NCBI GenBank assembly: GCA_036267715.1
Contig: DATAVN010000042.1
Coordinates: 16,887 to 80,886, forward strand
From: Steroidobacteraceae bacterium
GTDB lineage: Bacteria > Pseudomonadota > Gammaproteobacteria > Steroidobacterales > Steroidobacteraceae
Reading direction: 5' to 3'
DNA: 64,000 nt
The notes under the pieces were generated by a model. That model was not told the DNA's origin, searched no databases, and saw only the letters and a program-made list of their open reading frames with translations. A program made the position numbers and the translations under genes. This document shows, in pieces, positions 48,527 through 58,061 of this stretch. Numbering within the stretch: the first letter of the stretch is position 1; every line of letters begins with the position of its first letter.

Positions 48527-48853
48527 AAGTTTGGTGACAGCGGGCCAAATTGGGTGCCCGATTGCATGCTCTCGCCCAAAGGCAATCCGAGCATGGACAA
48601 CTTGGCCGCCATTTTCGGCGCGATTGGTAGCCGACTAAAAGTAGGCCTTAGAGTTCATGCAATTCTTGCGGCACAGCGTGAAAGCATCCATGGCAAAAGC
48701 AGCAAAGATGAGACAGGAGTACGCGAAAGGCAGCACGCACGGCGTTTTCAAAGGACTTGAAGCTGTATTGACAAGAAAAACTGAGGGAGCAAAGCCACAC
48801 ATGAAGAAAAAGCGAGCGTCCTCGGAAGGGAGAGTTGAGGCGACCGGCAGTAA

Positions 48854-49030
48854 CTAAGTCGATATCGATACGCCATCGGGCGCGCGCTTTCCAGACGTTG
48901 CCCTCCTGCCAATCACCTCGTTCGATCTTAAGCTCCATGGCCTTGACGGAGTATTCGGTGAGCAGATTTGCCAGCGGATGCAGCACCTATCGCGCCGTTC
49001 GGACCACGATGGGTGCATCAGTTGTGCGGG
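48854..49030 (-). pseudogene. second excisionase-like gene, decayed
   Basis: ..APIVVRTAR*VLHPLANLLTEYSVKAMELKIERGDWQEGNVWK.. aligns with ..EPFVLAPARYVLLPLANLITGYSVKAMQRKIERGDWPEGKAWR.. of the xis at 32904-33119. There is an in-frame TAG at 48987-48989 and a frameshift near 48880. Confidence 0.65.
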
Positions 49031-49227
49031 ATCGAACAATTTCCAAACTCATAGACAACCTTGTGTGGTTCCGGTCGTATAGGGCCAAAAGGGGCGGCAG
49101 CCGGCCCGCTCCGGTGTTTAGCGCCAAAACGAGGAATCCATCCACACAAACAACATCGCGCCTAGTATCTTTCGCTGTAATGGCAAGCTCGTGAGCTAGT
49201 TAGTCGAAGTCTGACCCGATCAGAATC

Positions 49228-50559
49228 GTGGATGACACAGGGAAAAATGAAGTGTTCACTTACTATCTGGAACTGGCAGTGCGCAGCTTGCGGAGAAGTC
49301 CGGGCCTTACTGCATTGATGATGCTCGCGATTGGCTTTGGCGTGGCGGCATCAATGACGACGTACTCGGTATTTCGGGGCGTATCCGCCGATCCGATTCC
49401 GTGGAAGTCATCACAACTATTCGTGCCGCAAATCGATGCGTGGGGGCCGGAGCACCGCGAAAATGGCGAGCCGCCTATTACGCTGACCTATATCGATGCC
49501 ATGAATCTGATGCGTCAACATCGCGCCTCACGTCAATCGGCGATCATTCCGATGTTTCGTTCGATCATGCCGCCGCGCACCAACCAAGACAACAGCCAGA
49601 TCGAAACCCGTGGCTATGCGGTCCACAGCGACTTTTTCCCCATGCTGGATGTGCCGTTTCATTACGGCAGCGGCTGGAGCAGGGACGATGATGCGATCCC
49701 GGTGGTCGTGATCAGCGATCACTTCAACGAGCAGATGTTCGGCGGCGGCAACAGCGTGGGCCGGACCATTGCGATTGACAACAAGGATTATCGCGTAGTG
49801 GGTGTTATCAAGCACTGGAATCCGCAACCGGAATTCTTCGCACTCGTCGGGTATCAACGTGCCGAGCCAGACTTTTTTTTACCGGTTACATTCGAGGTTA
49901 CAAACAACGTCATCAACCAAACCCATGCTGATTGCAAGGATGGTCCCTATTCGGGCAGTGATTTCCCGGCGCTTCTGCGTTCGGAATGCGTATGGTTCCC
50001 TTTTATGGTTGAAATCGATAAGCCAGAGGCCGTGCAGGCGTATCGGCAATACCTCGATGCTTATGCAAGCGAGCAGCAACAGCTGGGCCGCTTCCAGTGG
50101 AAACCGAACAATCGTCTGCGCGATGTGATGGCATTTCTCGACTACCAGCATGTGGTGCCCAGCAATACCCGGCTGTCACTATTAGTGGCGCAAGGCCTGC
50201 TCGTCGTATGCCTGGTGAACACGGTGGCGCTGCTGCTGGCCAAGTTCCTGGGGCGCAGCGGGGAGATCGCCGTGCGGCGTGCACTCGGCGCATCGCGGTC
50301 GGCCCTCTATGCCCAATTCCTCACCGAGGCGGCAGTGATCGGCGCCGGAGGCGGCCTCCTCGGGCTGCTGTTCACGGCCATCGGCGTGCTTGAGGTCGGT
50401 GTGGTGATGCCGGCTCATCTCGCCGCGCTGGCGCGAGTCGACCCTACGTTGCTGTTGCTCACGCTCCTGCTTGCCGTGACTGCCACCCTGCTTGCAGCGA
50501 TCTACCCTACATATCGGGCGTCGCGTGTACCGCCTGCGTTGCAGCTCAAAACCCCGTGA
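49228..50559 (+). CDS. ABC-transporter-type permease (MacB-like periplasmic domain + FtsX)
   Basis: N-terminus LRSLRRSPGLTALMMLAIGFGVAA, a large periplasmic loop, and a C-terminal FtsX 3-TM block (RSGEIAVRRALGASR). Confidence 0.8.
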   Translation: MDDTGKNEVFTYYLELAVRSLRRSPGLTALMMLAIGFGVAASMTTYSVFRGVSADPIPWKSSQLFVPQIDAWGPEHRENGEPPITLTYIDAMNLMRQHRASRQSAIIPMFRSIMPPRTNQDNSQIETRGYAVHSDFFPMLDVPFHYGSGWSRDDDAIPVVVISDHFNEQMFGGGNSVGRTIAIDNKDYRVVGVIKHWNPQPEFFALVGYQRAEPDFFLPVTFEVTNNVINQTHADCKDGPYSGSDFPALLRSECVWFPFMVEIDKPEAVQAYRQYLDAYASEQQQLGRFQWKPNNRLRDVMAFLDYQHVVPSNTRLSLLVAQGLLVVCLVNTVALLLAKFLGRSGEIAVRRALGASRSALYAQFLTEAAVIGAGGGLLGLLFTAIGVLEVGVVMPAHLAALARVDPTLLLLTLLLAVTATLLAAIYPTYRASRVPPALQLKTP

Positions 50560-50569
50560 GGATCGCGCC

Positions 50570-51811
50570 GTGAACGTCTATCCCGTCCTCGTGGCATTAC
50601 GGCGGCACAAAGCCCCTGTGATACTCACTGTGTTGCAGATCGCGCTGACGTTGGCGATTGTCGCCAATGCTTTCTCCGTTATCGGCCATACCATCGAGCG
50701 AATGAGTCGCCCGACTGGCGTAGACGAAGATGGCCTGATCCGGATTGTGCAGAAATTTACAGCCCAATCTGGTGGCGACGATGCCGCCACGATCGAGAGG
50801 CTCGATGCCCTGCAACGGACGGACCTGGAAACGCTGCGCAAGCTCCCGGATGTGCAAGATGTCGCTGCATCGTCGGCCATCCCTCAGCTCGGGGGCTTTG
50901 ACGCCGGCGATATTTCTCTTGATGCGGACCGCAAAGGCAAAGTGGTACGGGCGGCCTATTACTACGGCGATGAGCACTTGCGGGCGACCTTCGGCCTGCG
51001 TCTGATCGCCGGCCGCGACTTTGTCGCCACAGAGATCCAGCACGGACATGCCGGCCACCCCGACTCACCCGTCGTGATCGTGAGCAAACCCGTCGCCGAC
51101 CAACTCTTTCCAGGTGGCAACGCGCTCGGCCAGAAGGTGTATCAGGACGGCAAGCCGGCCACGATTGTGGGCATTGTCGAGCGGTTGCAGATACAGATGT
51201 CGGAGGACAAAAACAGCAGTTGGGTATTCAACTCGGTGATTGAGCCGGTGCGAGCTGATGGCTTCTGGGTGGGCTATGTGGCGCGCGTGCGCGCCGGTCG
51301 CACGGTGGAGGCAATCCGCGAGATCCATAAGGCACTTTTTGCAGTGAACCCGATGCGCCACATGCCCGACGGCGCCGGTATCCATTCGTTTCCCGAGTTG
51401 CGCGCACGATATTTTGGCCATGAGCGCGGCATCGCACTGCTGATGAGCGTCATTTGCGTCATTCTGCTGAGCGTGACCGGCGCGGGCATCGTCGGTCTGA
51501 CCAGTTTGTGGGTAGGTCAGCGGACCCGGCAGATCGGAGTAAGGCGGGCCATTGGCGCAAGAAAGATCGACATACTGCGTTACTTCCAGATCGAGAACCT
51601 ACTCATCGCCGCCGGCGGTGCGGTAGTCGGCACGCTGTTTGCATTTGGCCTCAGCGATTGGCTGATGAGGCATTATGAGATGATGCGTCTTCCGCCGTTT
51701 TATGTGGCCCTAGGCGTAGTTGCCATGCTCGTACTCGGTCAGGCCGCTGTGATCGTACCGGCGCGCCGTGCGTCCAACGTGCCGCCATTCGTGGCAGCGC
51801 GGTCGGCTTGA
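50570..51811 (+). CDS. ABC-transporter-type permease (MacB-like periplasmic domain + FtsX), second copy
   Basis: I chose the GTG start 10 nt after the upstream stop. Same architecture (RTRQIGVRRAIGARK). Confidence 0.8.
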   Translation: MNVYPVLVALRRHKAPVILTVLQIALTLAIVANAFSVIGHTIERMSRPTGVDEDGLIRIVQKFTAQSGGDDAATIERLDALQRTDLETLRKLPDVQDVAASSAIPQLGGFDAGDISLDADRKGKVVRAAYYYGDEHLRATFGLRLIAGRDFVATEIQHGHAGHPDSPVVIVSKPVADQLFPGGNALGQKVYQDGKPATIVGIVERLQIQMSEDKNSSWVFNSVIEPVRADGFWVGYVARVRAGRTVEAIREIHKALFAVNPMRHMPDGAGIHSFPELRARYFGHERGIALLMSVICVILLSVTGAGIVGLTSLWVGQRTRQIGVRRAIGARKIDILRYFQIENLLIAAGGAVVGTLFAFGLSDWLMRHYEMMRLPPFYVALGVVAMLVLGQAAVIVPARRASNVPPFVAARSA

Positions 51812-52039
51812 GCTCTGAATCCTTTTCCTCGGCCTCTCGCGCCTCAACAAGACTCCACGCCTGAAGCATCCCGAACGGCGCGACTGAAGTCGCAGAGCCG
51901 CGAGCCCCAGTGCCGCAAAGGTAGCGCGAGATGGCACCGCCGGGGTATGGTTGGCCCAGATTCGATATCATGTCGCTCATTGCCTTCGCTGATATAATGT
52001 GCAAGCCAGTCGCGGCATAATAAATGTATATACCAAGAC

Positions 52040-52498
52040 ATGCTGATCGACCGTAGAACCGTAATAATTGGTGCGGCCGCGTTGGCCGCCGTCAAAACTG
52101 TTGCGAGCGCCACGCCTGAGACAGTGGAGGTGCAGATGAATACGCCAACTGAACGCGTGCTGGGCATCGGCGGACTATTCTTCCGGAGCCGCGACCCCAA
52201 AAATTTGGCGCAGTGGTATCAAATCAATCTCGGGATTGACCATCGAGTGTGGCAACAAGCCGCCGGCCCGACCGCATTCACTCCGTTTCCGACGGATACG
52301 GATTATTTCGGACCGAAGCAGCAGGGATGGATGGTGAACTTTCGAGTTCGAAGTTTAGATGCCATGGTCGCGCAGCTGCAGAAGTCCAACATCGACGTGA
52401 AGGTGGATCCTGAAAAATCTCCTTACGGTCGATTCGCCAGGCTGCACGATCCCGAAGGCAATCCGATCGAGCTATGGGAACCGGCAAGCCCGGCATAA
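52040..52498 (+). CDS. VOC/glyoxalase family protein with a Tat-like signal peptide
   Basis: DRRTVIIGAAALAAV twin-arginine leader, then GIGGLFFRSRDP..RLHDPEGNPIELWEP. Confidence 0.7.
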   Translation: MLIDRRTVIIGAAALAAVKTVASATPETVEVQMNTPTERVLGIGGLFFRSRDPKNLAQWYQINLGIDHRVWQQAAGPTAFTPFPTDTDYFGPKQQGWMVNFRVRSLDAMVAQLQKSNIDVKVDPEKSPYGRFARLHDPEGNPIELWEPASPA

Positions 52499-52556
52499 CA
52501 TTTGCCCAGGCGAATGCCAGAGCCCAGCACGCCGTTGTGACCAGCCGGCGCAGCCC

Positions 52557-53705
<1,149 letters not shown>

Positions 53706-53746
53706 CGGATGGAGTTGCCTCGAACCTCATTGCTGGGGGCAGTACA

Positions 53747-55462
53747 ATGCGAGTTCAAGAGCCGCGGGGGGATGCCGTGAATTTAAGTTTCGTCGAGGGC
53801 AGCGGCGAAGTGCCGCTCAAATACGAAACCATCGGGCGTGCGTTCGACCAGACCGCGCACCGATTCGCACAGCGTGATGCGCTCATCGTTCCTCCGCAAC
53901 AGGTCCGCTGGAGCTATGCCGAGCTGAAGCGCAGGGTCGATTTGCTGGCCGCAGGACTGTTGTCGCTGGGCTTGAGTCCCGGCGATAGGATCGGCATCTG
54001 GGCGCCGAACTGCGCGGAGTGGACGGTGACCCAGTTTGCAAGCGCCAAGGCTGGGCTGATTCTCGTCAATATCAATCCGGCATACCGGCTCTCTGAATTG
54101 GAATTCTGTCTCAACAAGGTCGGATGCCGGGCGCTGGTCACGGCTGAACGCCTCAAGAGCAGCGACTACATCTCGATGTTGCGCACGCTCGCTCCCGAGC
54201 TTGACGGCTGTGTTGCCAACGAACTGATGAGCGCCCGATTGCCGCATCTGAGGCTGGTGATCCGATTGGGACGAGAATGCAGCGCCGGCTGCTTGAATTT
54301 TGAGGACGTGCTGCGGAGCGGAGCCCCGGCCGATCGAGCCCATCTCGAGCAGATTGGCGCGGACCTGCTGCCCGACGATGCCATCAACATCCAGTTCACC
54401 AGCGGTACGACGGGCTTGCCGAAAGGCGCCACTTTGAGTCACCACAATATCTTGAACAACGGTTACTTCGTCGGGCGCCGGATCGCGCTCACCGAATGCG
54501 ATCGAATCTGCATTCCGGTACCGCTATATCACTGCTTTGGCATGGTGTTGGGAAATCTCGCCGCCATTACGCATGGGGCTGCGATGATCTATCCAGCCGA
54601 GAGCTTCGATCCGGTAAAAACACTGGAGACCGTTGATCAGGAACGCGCAACCGCATTGTACGGAGTACCCACGATGTTCATTGCCGAACTCGAAACCCCG
54701 GAATTTGCGCGTTACGACCTGTCGAGCCTGCGAACCGGCATCATGGCAGGCTCGCCATGTCCAGTCGAAGTGATGAAGCGCGTGATTGGACAGATGCATA
54801 TGACTGAAATCACCAATTGCTACGGCATGACCGAGACGAGCCCGGTGAGCTTTCAAACATCGACGAGCGACTCATTCGAGCGCCGCGTCTCAACGGTTGG
54901 GCGTGTGCACCCGCACGTGCAGGTTAAAGTGGTGGATGCCGAAGGCAGATGCGTGCCGCGCGGCGTTCAGGGCGAGCTTCATACCCGCGGGTATTCGGTG
55001 ATGAAAGGATACTGGCAAGATCCCGAGAAGACACACGAGGTGCTCGATGACAGCGGCTGGATGCACACGGGCGATCTCGGTGTGATCGATGCCGACGGGT
55101 ATGGCAACATCACCGGCCGACTCAAGGACATGCTGATTAGAGGCGGGGAGAATGTGTACCCGCGCGAAGTCGAGGAGTTTCTGTATGGCCACGCCAAGGT
55201 ACAGGCTGTGCAGGTGTGCGGGGTACCGGATCCCAAATTCGGCGAGGAAATCTGCGCATGGATCCAGTTAAAACCCGGTACTTCGAGCACCCCCGAAGAG
55301 TTTCGAGAATTCTGCCGGGACAGGATCGCGCATTACAAAATTCCCCGGCATTTTCGTTTCGTCACTGAATTTCCGATGACCATCACCGGAAAAGTGCAGA
55401 AATTCCTCATGCGCGAACACATGATGAAGGAGTTGGGCCTATCCGAAGAGAAGACCGCTTAG
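53747..55462 (+). CDS. AMP-binding acyl-CoA synthetase/ligase
   Basis: [50 protein letters not shown] chose the ATG at 53747 to avoid overlapping the divergent gene. Confidence 0.88.
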   Translation: MRVQEPRGDAVNLSFVEGSGEVPLKYETIGRAFDQTAHRFAQRDALIVPPQQVRWSYAELKRRVDLLAAGLLSLGLSPGDRIGIWAPNCAEWTVTQFASAKAGLILVNINPAYRLSELEFCLNKVGCRALVTAERLKSSDYISMLRTLAPELDGCVANELMSARLPHLRLVIRLGRECSAGCLNFEDVLRSGAPADRAHLEQIGADLLPDDAINIQFTSGTTGLPKGATLSHHNILNNGYFVGRRIALTECDRICIPVPLYHCFGMVLGNLAAITHGAAMIYPAESFDPVKTLETVDQERATALYGVPTMFIAELETPEFARYDLSSLRTGIMAGSPCPVEVMKRVIGQMHMTEITNCYGMTETSPVSFQTSTSDSFERRVSTVGRVHPHVQVKVVDAEGRCVPRGVQGELHTRGYSVMKGYWQDPEKTHEVLDDSGWMHTGDLGVIDADGYGNITGRLKDMLIRGGENVYPREVEEFLYGHAKVQAVQVCGVPDPKFGEEICAWIQLKPGTSSTPEEFREFCRDRIAHYKIPRHFRFVTEFPMTITGKVQKFLMREHMMKELGLSEEKTA

Positions 55463-55463
55463 C

Positions 55464-55479
55464 AGGCGGGTAGCCGCCT
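55464..55479. terminator. hairpin AGGCGG-gtag-CCGCCT between convergent genes
   Basis: A 6-bp stem lies between the 55462 stop and the 55479 stop. Confidence 0.3.
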
Positions 55480-56312
55480 CAGCGCGGCTTCTGAAATTTC
55501 AGGACCATGTTATCGCCCTCACCAATGGCAATATATTTGGCGCGATCCTTATCGCCCATCGCCAACGAGGGCGGCAGAGTCCAAACTCCCTTGGGCCAGT
55601 CCTTGGTATCGCGGGGATTGGCATTTATCTCAGATGATCCCACCAGCACGAATCCCGCCTTTTTTGCCATGGCAATCGCGTAGTCCTGCCGGACATAGCC
55701 GCTCTCGGCTTTCGGATCCTGGGGCTTATCGGTGCGGCCCCGGTGCTCTTCCAAGCCGAGAATACCGCCGGGCTTCAGCGCCTTGAAACAGGCATCCAAT
55801 GCCTGCTGCGAATATCCCCCGTCCATCCAATTGTGAAGGTTGCGAAACGTGAGAATCAGATCGGCCGATCCGGGCGGGGCGATATCAAAGTGGCCGGCAC
55901 CGAGGGTCGTATCTTGGATCATCCCCAGCCGGCCCTTTTCTGCCGCAATGCGGGCTTTGAACCGATCGACGCTCGATTGCTCCCCGTCGCCGCTCGGCGG
56001 CAATGCAACGGTGTAGTGTCCGCTCGGCGCAAGATAAGGGCCAAGGATATCGGTCCAATAACCGCCGCCCGGCCATAGCTCGACCACATTCATTTGGGGA
56101 TTGATACCGAAGAAAGTCAGTTCCTCAATCGGATGCCGGGATTTGTCGCGTGCCACGACGGCCGCGGGGCGGGCGGGACTCGCCACGGCAGCGGTCAGCG
56201 CCGCGTCCGCAGCAGAGGCTGATGCCGCGGCGAACGTCATTGCAGCGACTGCTCCGACGACCGAAAACAAACCCACGCGATTGGTTGCCATGTTGTGCAT
56301 TTCCTTTTTCAC
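55479..56312 (-). CDS. class I SAM-dependent methyltransferase with signal peptide
   Basis: ..VVELWPGGGYWT.. and LKPGGILGLEEH motifs. Start uncertain. Confidence 0.65.
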   Translation of the reverse strand: MKKEMHNMATNRVGLFSVVGAVAAMTFAAASASAADAALTAAVASPARPAAVVARDKSRHPIEELTFFGINPQMNVVELWPGGGYWTDILGPYLAPSGHYTVALPPSGDGEQSSVDRFKARIAAEKGRLGMIQDTTLGAGHFDIAPPGSADLILTFRNLHNWMDGGYSQQALDACFKALKPGGILGLEEHRGRTDKPQDPKAESGYVRQDYAIAMAKKAGFVLVGSSEINANPRDTKDWPKGVWTLPPSLAMGDKDRAKYIAIGEGDNMVLKFQKPR

Positions 56313-56980
56313 TTTGGTGGCGTTTCGCCGCTGAACATCTCGGGCGTCGCACCGGTTACCGTTCCAATTGTTGCTTTGTCGCTAACGTACAGTTTTACCT
56401 TACGTTCGAATTTCAGCTCGCCCTGAACGACCGCCCCCGGTCCAATCACAATAACGGGATCTTCGCTATTGAACATGATGCCGTTCGGCTTTTCGACCAA
56501 AATGCCGCCTTCCACATGGGAAGTGCCCATGATGCTGATGCTGCCGTTGACGGTCTTGATGCCGGCGCCGACATGAGCCGACGCGAGATTGATCTTGCCG
56601 TTAACGTTGGTGAGCGAACCGGACACTTCCGCCCCGCTTGCCAGAGTCAAGTCGCCGTTCACCGAACCAGCGCCAGCGGTAACGTGCGCGCCTTCGCCCA
56701 GCGTGACGCCACCGTTTACCGTCTTAATGGACGCAGCAGTGGCGTGCGCCCCCAAATTGACGCTGCCGTTGACGGTCGAGGCCGAGGTAACCGCCGCGTT
56801 GTCGTCGACGTGAATGCTGCCGTTGACCGTTCTCGCATCATCCGCCGGCTTGCCTGCGGCTATGTGGACGGAACCGTTGACCTTGGTCGAGCCGTCGCCG
56901 TCGACCGAGATGTCGCATGCTGATAAAGCCGACACAACCGCAATTGCGGCAATGATTCGATAGGCGTTCGCAGTTCTCAT
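56309..56980 (-). CDS. repeat-rich lipoprotein (VNG(S/G)(I/V)-type beta-helix-like repeats)
   Basis: Lipobox VSALSAC. About 8 repeats of ..TVNGS(I/V)..; overlaps the methyltransferase start (ATGA). Confidence 0.6.
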   Translation of the reverse strand: MRTANAYRIIAAIAVVSALSACDISVDGDGSTKVNGSVHIAAGKPADDARTVNGSIHVDDNAAVTSASTVNGSVNLGAHATAASIKTVNGGVTLGEGAHVTAGAGSVNGDLTLASGAEVSGSLTNVNGKINLASAHVGAGIKTVNGSISIMGTSHVEGGILVEKPNGIMFNSEDPVIVIGPGAVVQGELKFERKVKLYVSDKATIGTVTGATPEMFSGETPPK

Positions 56981-57065
56981 AAAGGCTCCCCTTTTTGCCT
57001 GACGGCCGCCACTCTACCAGCACTGCCCAAGCCGCATCAAAGTGTGTGCAGCCATGTGACTGGGG

Positions 57066-57425
57066 AAATGCTGCCGGCTGAGGGATTACTCGGCGCTGCG
57101 CGCCTCGTCCCTGCGGGACCGCCGTCGGCAGACCTCCGGCGTCCAACTTGGCCCGACGGCCAAGTTGTCGAACCCCGCTTGTTTATGTCGGGGGTTCGAC
57201 CGACAGACGTATCGGTGCCCGAAGGCTGCCGATGATTTTTTGTAAATGGATGCCGGCTGAGGGATTGCTCGGCTACGCCTCGTCCCTGCGGGACCGCCGT
57301 CGGCAGACCTCCGGCGTCCAACTTGGCCCGACGGCCAAGTTATCGAACCCCGCTTGTTTATGTCGGGGGTTCGACCGACAGACGTATCGGTGCCCGAAGG
57401 CTGCCGATGATTTATTGTAAATGGA
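57066..57425. repeat. two tandem ~175-179-bp units, each carrying a copy of the last 16 nt of tRNA-Thr plus 10 nt of flank
   Basis: tgccggctgagggatt occurs at 57072, 57251 and 57426 (the last within the tRNA). The units are about 96% identical and contain 3-4 hairpins. Confidence 0.85.
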
Positions 57426-57497
57426 TGCCGGCTGAGGGATTCGAACCCCCGACCTACGGTTTACAAAACCGTTGCACTACCACTGTGCTAAGCCGGC
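57426..57497 (-). tRNA. tRNA-Thr (anticodon UGU)
   Basis: Acceptor GCCGGCT/AGCCGGC, anticodon arm ACGGT-TTTGTAA-ACCGT, T-arm GGGGG-TTCGAAT-CCCTC. CCA is not encoded. Confidence 0.9.
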
Positions 57498-57513
57498 GCG
57501 GACCAGGCCCTCA

Positions 57514-57984
57514 TTATAGCGGAGCGCGGGCGGCGGCACGCCGGCCCATGCGCATCAGAAGCTGATCCAGCGAGACGCTGCCGGCGCCGGCTATCGCCAA
57601 CCACAGAAACAAGGCGAGGTATTCGAACTCGTCGAATCCCAGCAGTGTTTCCAGTGAATCGACATCGCCCCACTTGGCCGCCTTGATTGCCACGATCATC
57701 GTGACGCCCAGCGCACCGGCGGATATTCGCGTGAACAGACCAACCAATAGAAATAGGCCTCCGAAGAACTCGATGCCCGAGGTGAGCGGTGTGAAGAAGT
57801 GCGGAAATGGGATGCCCCAGCCGACGAAGTTCTCGGTCACCTGAGGCAGGTTGTTGAGTTTGCCCCAGCCGCTCAGGAGAAACACCCAGCCCACGGTAAT
57901 TCGCGCAAACAACGGCGCAAGCCATTGCAGATGTCCTGAGACACGCTCGGGCCAGGCAATCAGCCATTCGATCAATAAGCGCAT
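57514..57984 (-). CDS. DoxX family membrane protein
   Basis: LAPLFARITVGWVFLLSGWGKL.., four TM segments. Confidence 0.8.
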   Translation of the reverse strand: MRLLIEWLIAWPERVSGHLQWLAPLFARITVGWVFLLSGWGKLNNLPQVTENFVGWGIPFPHFFTPLTSGIEFFGGLFLLVGLFTRISAGALGVTMIVAIKAAKWGDVDSLETLLGFDEFEYLALFLWLAIAGAGSVSLDQLLMRMGRRAAARAPL

Positions 57985-58061
57985 TTCTCAATCTCCCTGT
58001 GTGTTTGAGTTCTCGTGTTCCAAGTATGAGACCGGGTGTGAACCGCAAATATAACCGTCAG

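Noticed and set aside
48554-48857. Small basic ORFs (68 aa and 66 aa) in the low-GC stretch between the TIR gene and the xis relic, and a possible integrase remnant there
   Set aside because: No frame in this region shows similarity to the island-1 integrase N-terminus, and the small ORFs have no supporting signals.
57044-57565. ORFs 57044-57235, 57148-57420 and 57323-57565 with near-identical peptide segments
   Set aside because: They are translations of the tandem tRNA-Thr-linked repeat and of the tRNA gene itself.
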